In this document: positions 27,443 to 33,291 of the stretch, piece after piece
Layout: every line of letters begins with the position of its first letter
Position numbering within the stretch: the first letter of the stretch is position 1
DNA from: a virus
Reading direction: 5' to 3' (one strand)
DNA: 64,000 nucleotides
Virus record (IMG/VR): IMGVR_UViG_3300037180_000021
Coordinates: 1-64,000 of that record
The notes under the pieces: model-generated
What the model saw: the letters and a program-made list of their open reading frames with translations, nothing else
Databases searched by the model: none
Told to the model about the DNA's origin: nothing
Program-made: the position numbers and the translations under genes

Positions 27443-27787
27443 TTGGCACGTACAGGACTACAGCGGCTTGATGCAATAATCCCCGCAATAGAACGCGGTG
27501 AGTCATTCGAAAAGCGCATTCCTGCGGCTGGCACATTAATCGACTACGCGGACCTCATGGCGGAAGCTATAGCGATGGCCAAAGATGCCCGTATGGCGGA
27601 AGCTATAGCGATGGCCCAAGATGCCCGTAGCCTAGAAACGGTCGGCCGCAACGGCCGCAAGGTAATGTCAGTTGAAGAATTAAAGGCCGCTCATTGTATG
27701 AACGTGGCTCGCATCTCATATCTTGCCGCTAAAGAGCGGTTGGCGCATGGGAACCAAAGAAGGCGCACGAGAGGAAAATTTGCTTAA
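27443..27787 (+). CDS. hypothetical protein containing a 12-codon tandem duplication
   Basis: TTG start in the ORF track. Internal repeat MAEAIAMAKDAR / MAEAIAMAQDAR. Confidence 0.4.
   Translation: MARTGLQRLDAIIPAIERGESFEKRIPAAGTLIDYADLMAEAIAMAKDARMAEAIAMAQDARSLETVGRNGRKVMSVEELKAAHCMNVARISYLAAKERLAHGNQRRRTRGKFA
27557..27628 (+). repeat. 2 x 36-nt tandem duplication (35/36 identical)
   Basis: ATGGCGGAAGCTATAGCGATGGCCAAAGATGCCCGT is followed by the same unit with a single A-to-C change. Confidence 0.9.
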
Positions 27788-27939
27788 CGCGATCCGCGCA
27801 AGGAACTTAGAGGCCAAGCCCTATGGCGGCATCTGTCCACCGACCTCTGAGCAAATTTGCGCCAGTCCGATTTGCCCACGCCGTCCACCATTAGGATATG
27901 TTCCTCCGCAGACAATGCCTTGAAGAAATAGGAACGGTT

Positions 27940-28134
27940 ATGGCCCCTAGCGAAGTTGCAAACGAGCTGATGATGATGGCCGCAGGGCGATCCGTCCAAA
28001 CCCAATTTGGCTGGTCGCATCCTGATTGCGAAGTTCTAATGGAGGCCGCGCGACTTATCCGCTGTGAGCCCGAAAAGATTGATGTTCCGCCAGAAGCCGT
28101 TGCATGCTGGGCAATGGGCTGGCGTGGTCCATGA
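27940..28134 (+). CDS. hypothetical protein
   Basis: Start MAPSEVANELMMMAAG chosen within the ORF-track entry 27898..28134. Confidence 0.4.
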   Translation: MAPSEVANELMMMAAGRSVQTQFGWSHPDCEVLMEAARLIRCEPEKIDVPPEAVACWAMGWRGP

Positions 28135-28154
28135 GCGCTGGCTCAGGAAACAAA

Positions 28155-28234
28155 GCCGAGTAGGAAGGATGCAAGCGGCACTCTCGTAATAGGGAGACCA
28201 GCCGCATGCCGGTGGAATTCCGGTTCAATTTTTC
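28155..28234 (+). ncRNA. unclassified structured-RNA-like module, copy 1 (short insert)
   Basis: 29-nt 5' module GCCGAGTAGGAAGGATGCAAGCGGCACTC, a 9-nt insert, then a 42-nt 3' module GGAGACCAGCCGCATGCCGGTGGAATTCCGGTTCAATTTTTC (hairpin plus T-run). Strand is inferred from the T-run only. Confidence 0.35.
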
Positions 28235-28380
28235 TAACGAGAGCTTTTGTGGCCGAAAAATTCCTCCTTGACAGAGATCACGCCCCCCGCTAAGAGACTG
28301 GCGCGATTCACTCCCACCGTGCTGCCACTGCCCGGCTCGCGCATCTGCGACCAAAGGCGAACTGGCGAAAGCCGAAGCGA

Positions 28381-28506
28381 GCCGAGTAGGAAGGATGCGA
28401 GCGGCACTCACAGGTAAAGCGCGACGGGGATCAAAAATTGTCCCTCCGCCGCGTGACGCCTTAAGGAGACCAGCCGCATGCCGGTGGAATTCCGGTTCAA
28501 TTTTTC
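28381..28506 (+). ncRNA. unclassified structured-RNA-like module, copy 2 (55-nt hairpin insert)
   Basis: Same 5' module (28/29) and an identical 42-nt 3' module. The insert can fold (GGGGA/TCCC and GCGCG/CGCG arms). Confidence 0.35.
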
Positions 28507-28750
28507 GAACGTGCGGAATAGACGTTTCCAAAGACCGGCTGCTACTCACGGGTGCCGGCGGTTCAATCGGTTGCCATACATCGACGTGGGGACCTGACCA
28601 TGTTTCAATTTCTCATTGACTCCGCGTTCGCCGGTATCTGGGCGGAAGTTTGGACGCTCGGAGGTTAGCGTTTTCTGGCGTCACGTATCCGCCGGGCGCA
28701 CGCAACGGCCGAACTGAAAAGCAACGCCGCAGTAATCAGGAGAAATTTCT

Positions 28751-28834
28751 TCAGGGCGGTAGGATTTGAACCTACGACCCCCGGAGTCCGGGTCCCGGGT
28801 CCGGTACTCTACCAGCCGTCGCCGCTTGGCCCCG
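28751..28834 (-). tRNA. degenerate tRNA-Pro(CGG)-derived element (probable pseudo-tRNA)
   Basis: Minus strand: CGGGGCC-AA-GCGGCGACGGCTGGTAGAGTA-CCGGA-CCCGGGACCCGGAC-TCCGG-GGGTC-GTAGG-TTCAAAT-CCTAC-CGCCCTG-A. Canonical T-arm, Pro-type variable loop GGGTC and 6/7 acceptor pairs, but a 7-nt duplication in the anticodon loop and extra bases in the D-arm. Confidence 0.45.
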
Positions 28835-28999
28835 CCGAACTGTCGAGTCAATTCAACAAGTGGGCCGAGCAGGTCCCGTGGCTACGTGTCCCAGCTCGGT
28901 GCCAAGGAAGCTAGAGCACAGGACCGCGCTGCTGGGATGACACCGGCGCAAAGAGGGGCGAGCACGCAGGTGCTTCGCTCATGCGAAGAAGAAAAAAAG

Positions 29000-29143
29000 A
29001 TGACTGGCGCGCGGGCCAAGCGGCGAGCCATAATCGCGGCCGTCTTCTTCGCCGGCCTCATGCTCGGCGCGTTCCTGTCGGAGGTTCGGCAGGAGATAGC
29101 CCACCACATTCACAGGTCGGGAGATAGCGCATTTATCCCTTGA
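29000..29143 (+). CDS. small membrane protein (47 aa)
   Basis: MTGARAKRRAIIAAVFFAGLMLGAFLSEVRQEIAHHIH. The upstream part of ORF 28766..29143 overlaps the tRNA-like element and looks spurious. Confidence 0.4.
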   Translation: MTGARAKRRAIIAAVFFAGLMLGAFLSEVRQEIAHHIHRSGDSAFIP

Positions 29144-30288
29144 CAGCATTTACGGGTTGCGCGCATATGTTGGAGTCTTGGAAGCCCCTGCCCGGCCCGA
29201 TGCCCTATTGGGTCTGGCAGAAACGGCGAAACGAGATGCGGGTCACGGACCTGATTCGCAAGAGCGTCGTATTTATCGGCCATCGCGGCGTTGACGACAG
29301 CTTTTGTCCAGACGGCACGGGATTTTTTCTCGTCCTTCAGGCTTACGAAGCCTCATTCCCCTATATCGTCACCGCAAAACACGTGATCGATCAGGCGGCA
29401 GGCGAAGAGCGTTTGAACGACATCTTAATTCGAGTGAATACGACGGCCAGCGACGTCGACTATATTAAAACCAAGATAGCAAAATGGCATATGCATCCTG
29501 ACCATCTAGAAGAGGGTAAAAAGCGAAAATACATTGACGTTGCGGCGTATAGCGTCGTCAACTACCGCGACTGGGCTAAAAGCGATCTGCATAAGTATGA
29601 TTTCACTTTCACCATTGAGGAAGATGTCTGCACCGATGATATCATTAAGAAATACGCGATTGGGCTCGGGGATGAGGTGGTGATACCTGGGCTTTTTCTT
29701 TCACACATCGGCACCCAACAAAATATTCCGGTTGTGAGAACTGGAAACATTGCGGCCGATCGGGGCGAGCACATTCCTACAAGCTACGGTCCAATGGACG
29801 CCTACCTCGTGGAGATGCGTTCAGTTGGAGGGATCAGCGGGTCGCCTGTCCTCACTCAAATGGCTGTTCGGCCAGAATCCCTGCACCCCGGAACTGACAT
29901 CGAAACCACGCTAGAGAAATCCGAAAAAGCTCATTTTCTGTTGGGATTAGTGCACGGGCACTATACTATCACCGCGCAAGAGGAGTGGGTTTTCAAGACG
30001 AACCAGCATGTTGGCAACATCAATGCTGGTATTGCGGTTGTCGTTCCCTACTCCAAGATAATGGAAACGATATTGCAGTCATCAACCTTTGGTGAGGGCC
30101 AGGAAATGGCAAGGCAGTATAGCGAAGCTGTGAATTCCCGCTCGAAAACGGTAGCAGACAGTGCCAAGCCTACCTCCTCCTCTTCTTCAACTCCTTCGGA
30201 CGACGACGTCAATCCACGTCACCTAGAGGATTTCACACGTCTTGTAGACGTGGCAGCGCGAAAGCGACCACGAGGCGATCAAACATAG
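29140..30288 (+). CDS. trypsin-like (S1/Trypsin_2-type) serine protease homologue
   Basis: Candidate triad: His in IVTAKHVID, Asp in YIDVAAYSV, Ser in GGISGSPV. Ser-rich C-terminal tail. Start uncertain. Confidence 0.6.
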   Translation: MTAFTGCAHMLESWKPLPGPMPYWVWQKRRNEMRVTDLIRKSVVFIGHRGVDDSFCPDGTGFFLVLQAYEASFPYIVTAKHVIDQAAGEERLNDILIRVNTTASDVDYIKTKIAKWHMHPDHLEEGKKRKYIDVAAYSVVNYRDWAKSDLHKYDFTFTIEEDVCTDDIIKKYAIGLGDEVVIPGLFLSHIGTQQNIPVVRTGNIAADRGEHIPTSYGPMDAYLVEMRSVGGISGSPVLTQMAVRPESLHPGTDIETTLEKSEKAHFLLGLVHGHYTITAQEEWVFKTNQHVGNINAGIAVVVPYSKIMETILQSSTFGEGQEMARQYSEAVNSRSKTVADSAKPTSSSSSTPSDDDVNPRHLEDFTRLVDVAARKRPRGDQT

Positions 30289-30303
30289 CATGCTTATCCG
30301 GTT

Positions 30304-31371
30304 TCAACATGCAGGCTCTAGGGATTGACGGGTGCCATGACTGACATTCGGGTGCGTCCACTCGCCGCTATACAGCCCGTCATAGGTCGGGCTTTCCCCG
30401 TTTGCGCCGATGCCCAAGAGCGAGCGGAAGGCGTTGAACGGGTAGAAGCGGCGATTGAAACGGAAGGTAAATTCATTGAGGTAGGCTTGCAGGTGCTTAG
30501 GCTCGATGCGCCCGTGGTGAGTACCTTGCAGCCAAGCCTTGAGGTTGCTGAAAACAAGGTGAACGATAGGCAGGTATTCTTCGGCCACCTCGGGCTTGTT
30601 CGACTCGACAACCGGCATGTGGGCGTAGCCGCGATCAGCCAGCGAGTTGTAGCCGCCCCAAGCGTCGGTAACGACCATGTTGGACGTAGGATCGACCGCT
30701 GCCTCTACAAAGCCGCACAGGGACTTGGCGGTACGGTCGGGGACAATTTCCAGCCTGAGACGGCCAGCGTAGCGCCCGCCACGCCTTTCGGGCTTGTCGC
30801 CCTTCTTGGGCGGTCTGGTGCGAACCTCGACGGCGGCGACCACAAGCGTCTTTTGGTCGGCATGTGGGCCTTTGCCCTCCCCGCGCAGCACGCCGCCGAT
30901 ATAGGTTTCGTCGATTTCAATATGGTCCCGGCCCGAAATGCTGCCGCCGATCCGGTCGCGGTCTTGGCGCACCATACCGGCGCGAAGCTTGTGCAGGATG
31001 CCAAAGGCAGTTTCATACCGGGTCAAGCCAAGCTGGCGCTGGAATTGAACGGCAGACAGGCCGGGCGTCATGCTGGAAATGAGGTAAGCGCCCCAAAACC
31101 AAGTCGTCAGCGGTGTATGGGTGCGCTCCATGACCGTGCCGACCGTCAGAGAGGTTTGCTTACGGCACTTCCGACACGCCAGCACAAGCGGGCGTTTGGC
31201 AATGCGTACAGGCTCGCCACGGGCTTTGCAGTGCGGGCATTGGAAGCCGTCAGGCCATTTTGCGCCTTCCAGATAGCGACCGCAGGCCGCGTCGTCCGGG
31301 AACAGTTTTTGGAACTGCGGCAGGGACTTGGGGAAGGGCAGGTGTTCCCATTTGTGAATGTCGTGGGTCAT
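30304..31371 (-). CDS. IS1595-family DDE transposase
   Basis: Start MTHDIHKWEHLPFPKSL. Zn-ribbon FQCPHCKARGEP...LACRKCRKQTS, then THTPLTTWFWGAYLI, YETAFGILHKLR and a DDE region. Confidence 0.85.
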   Translation of the reverse strand: MTHDIHKWEHLPFPKSLPQFQKLFPDDAACGRYLEGAKWPDGFQCPHCKARGEPVRIAKRPLVLACRKCRKQTSLTVGTVMERTHTPLTTWFWGAYLISSMTPGLSAVQFQRQLGLTRYETAFGILHKLRAGMVRQDRDRIGGSISGRDHIEIDETYIGGVLRGEGKGPHADQKTLVVAAVEVRTRPPKKGDKPERRGGRYAGRLRLEIVPDRTAKSLCGFVEAAVDPTSNMVVTDAWGGYNSLADRGYAHMPVVESNKPEVAEEYLPIVHLVFSNLKAWLQGTHHGRIEPKHLQAYLNEFTFRFNRRFYPFNAFRSLLGIGANGESPTYDGLYSGEWTHPNVSHGTRQSLEPAC

Positions 31372-31375
31372 GTGG

Positions 31376-31627
31376 CTAGTAGAATTTCCGTTCAAGATAA
31401 ATCTCCCCGTCGAAGTGATCAAAGGGACAACACTCAAGCTCTTTGTCGGTCGTCTCCGGGTCAACAAGACCATCGCAAGCCCATACACCATGGCCCTCAT
31501 ATTCGAGCGTGCCGCCGCATACAGGGCATTTCTTCGGAACAAATCGTCCGTTGTTATCTCTCGGTGATAGGGGCGTCAGGGATTTAGGGAAAGGCAGTTT
31601 TTCCCAGTTGTGAATGTCGTGGATCAT
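31376..31627 (-). CDS. small Zn-ribbon protein sharing its first 16 residues with the transposase
   Basis: MIHDIHNWEKLPFPKSL... then CPVCGGTLEYEGHGVWACDG. Confidence 0.5.
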   Translation of the reverse strand: MIHDIHNWEKLPFPKSLTPLSPRDNNGRFVPKKCPVCGGTLEYEGHGVWACDGLVDPETTDKELECCPFDHFDGEIYLERKFY

Positions 31628-31639
31628 AAAATGCGCCTC

Positions 31640-31888
31640 TTATTTATGGTCAATGCGTTCAATCTCAGCGACGATCAAAGCGCCAGCGCGGACAAGGTTG
31701 CGGCGGCGTCCTTTTGGTTTCCACCAACTTGCATCCCACGGCCATTGAGCCAGCTTAATGCCAAGCGCGTAGCAACCTGCTGCGCGTGCCAATTCCCCGT
31801 CAATGTGTTTGGCGTCATGTTCGGGCGTCCACCCCTCGCCTTCAATCTGGCGCTTGCGTTCGGCAGCAATTTCATCAATCGCGCTCAT
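31640..31888 (-). CDS. conserved small phage protein (EGWTxEHD motif)
   Basis: ERKRQIEGEGWTPEHDAKHIDGELARAAGCYA...WPW...RRRNLVRAGALIVAEIERID. I recognise this pattern from many phage genomes, but its function is unknown to me. Confidence 0.5.
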   Translation of the reverse strand: MSAIDEIAAERKRQIEGEGWTPEHDAKHIDGELARAAGCYALGIKLAQWPWDASWWKPKGRRRNLVRAGALIVAEIERIDHK

Positions 31889-31891
31889 GGC

Positions 31892-32209
31892 TTAGGCCCT
31901 AATCATATCGGCTTTAGAAATTTTCAGACCTTGGTGCCGGGCGATTGCTACCCCGCGCTCTTGGGCGGCCTGACGACTTGTATAGCCGTGGTCGGCATAT
32001 CCATTTACCACCACCCCATAAAGCGTTTGCCCCGTCGATTGTGGAAGTTCCACGATCTGAATTTTGGCGGTAGCCGGGTTGGTTGGAACAGAGTTAACGC
32101 CGACTTGATGTGAGGCTCCGGCACCTATCCGTTTGGCAAAGCCCCGCGCGGCCTCCTTAGTGAAAACTCCGCCCCGGCTTTCGCTTCCGTGTCCTTTTGC
32201 GTCTTTCAT
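31892..32209 (-). CDS. hypothetical protein (IS cargo)
   Basis: 105-aa ORF. Confidence 0.45.
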   Translation of the reverse strand: MKDAKGHGSESRGGVFTKEAARGFAKRIGAGASHQVGVNSVPTNPATAKIQIVELPQSTGQTLYGVVVNGYADHGYTSRQAAQERGVAIARHQGLKISKADMIRA

Positions 32210-32339
32210 GGAACTCTCCTGTTATTTCGTCTGTTAGAACTGTAAACGCGCCGATGACTACCAGCGCGATTATGATGCCGACCCCCCAAACTAGGCCGCG
32301 CGGGAGCAGAGTATTTCCAACCCAAATTAGATCGCCCAT
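32157..32339 (-). CDS. small membrane protein (IS cargo)
   Basis: MGDLIWVGNTLLPRGLVWGVGIIIALVVIGAFTVL. Overlaps the next ORF by 53 nt, so its extent is uncertain. Confidence 0.3.
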   Translation of the reverse strand: MGDLIWVGNTLLPRGLVWGVGIIIALVVIGAFTVLTDEITGEFHERRKRTRKRKPGRSFH

Positions 32340-32741
32340 TGGCCACGCTCCTATTTTAGAAAGCGTGTGTTGTACCGAAACGAGCAATCGGCCTCTATCG
32401 GCATGATGTAAGTCCCGACGCTCATCAGCCAGCGCCCGATATAAAATCTCAGTCGTTTCACGGTCGCTCCCTTTATTGGCCCGTTTTGGCCTATGCCCTT
32501 ATCTAGCACAGGTGGGTGCATGTGTCAAGCGGATAAGCATAAAACATAGGGAATTCCGCTATCCGACCTTCCGAATGATTTGGTCAGTCTCGGCGATCTT
32601 GAACGTGTTGGCATCAATCTGATTGACGTGCGACCCGTCGTCTAAGAGCAAAAATTGCCGCGGGCCGCCGGGCCGCATTGGTTGGATATATTTCCTGAAA
32701 CTGCTTAAAGGTGTGTTTGGCCATGACCATGACCCCTATTT

Positions 32742-32990
32742 TTATTGGAATGTCGGCTGCTTCGCGTCAGCGGAAATCAATTCTAAGACGCCTTGGAGTT
32801 TTGCGGCTGCCGAACGGTTCGCGAGCTTTCCAGTTCTCAGATTGGCTTCTATTGCCGTCCGAAGCATTTGTTCTGCCTCGGACTTCGGCAAAAGCCCGTT
32901 CTGGACCAAAGTCCAAAAAGAGAGTTGCGGGAGCATATAGGCCGCGATAGCGGTTCCTGATACGTCGTCAATCGGACTGAGTTTGGCCAT
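32742..32990 (-). CDS. hypothetical protein
   Basis: 82-aa ORF, the only minus-strand gene between the IS and the portal. Confidence 0.45.
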   Translation of the reverse strand: MAKLSPIDDVSGTAIAAYMLPQLSFWTLVQNGLLPKSEAEQMLRTAIEANLRTGKLANRSAAAKLQGVLELISADAKQPTFQ

Positions 32991-33291
32991 AGGATTATCC
33001 CCCTACCTGCGATTGTGGGACCGCGCCATCTACGACAGCTCAGCGCTACGAGATCCGCTCTGTGACCAACAGCCTGCAGTACACACCAGGCGACTACTTG
33101 GACACGCCTGCGGTACAGGCGCTGATCGACGACGTCAGGTGGGGCGTCACCATTATCGCGCCTAACTTGGCCATTCCATTCGTGCCGTCATCGTCATGAT
33201 GGAAGTATTAACCATGATCGTCGTCGCCCTGGGCACCGAGCTGGTGATCATCAGCATCGTCGGCTGGGCGCTGGAATCCAACACGGGTTAG

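Larger units (their letters stand above)
30289..32541. mobile_element. IS1595-family element with four upstream cargo ORFs
   Basis: Ends CATGCTTATCCGGTTTCAACATGCA and (reverse complement) TATGCTTATCCGCTTGACACATGCA. Perfect 8-bp direct repeat AAACATAG at 30281-30288 and 32542-32549; the left copy contains the protease stop codon. Confidence 0.85.

Noticed and set aside
28155-28506. The GGAGACC(A)GCC core of the repeated modules resembles the B12 box of cobalamin riboswitches, and CCGGTGGAATTCCGG resembles the GGTG..AA.TCC hairpin.
   Set aside because: The order of the elements does not match the cobalamin riboswitch consensus. The region between the GGAA-like and GCCACT-like segments is far too short. 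No B12-related gene lies downstream. This is kept only as an unclassified RNA-like repeat.
28751-28834. The tRNA-like sequence as a phage attachment site (attP, or attL/attR).
   Set aside because: No integrase or excisionase is recognisable anywhere in the window. The element also includes D-arm and acceptor 5' sequence rather than only a 3' tRNA fragment.
28766-29143. 125-aa plus-strand ORF from the track.
   Set aside because: Its first two thirds overlap the tRNA-like element and are Arg/Ser/Pro-rich. Only the last 47 codons, from the ATG at 29000, look like a real small membrane protein.
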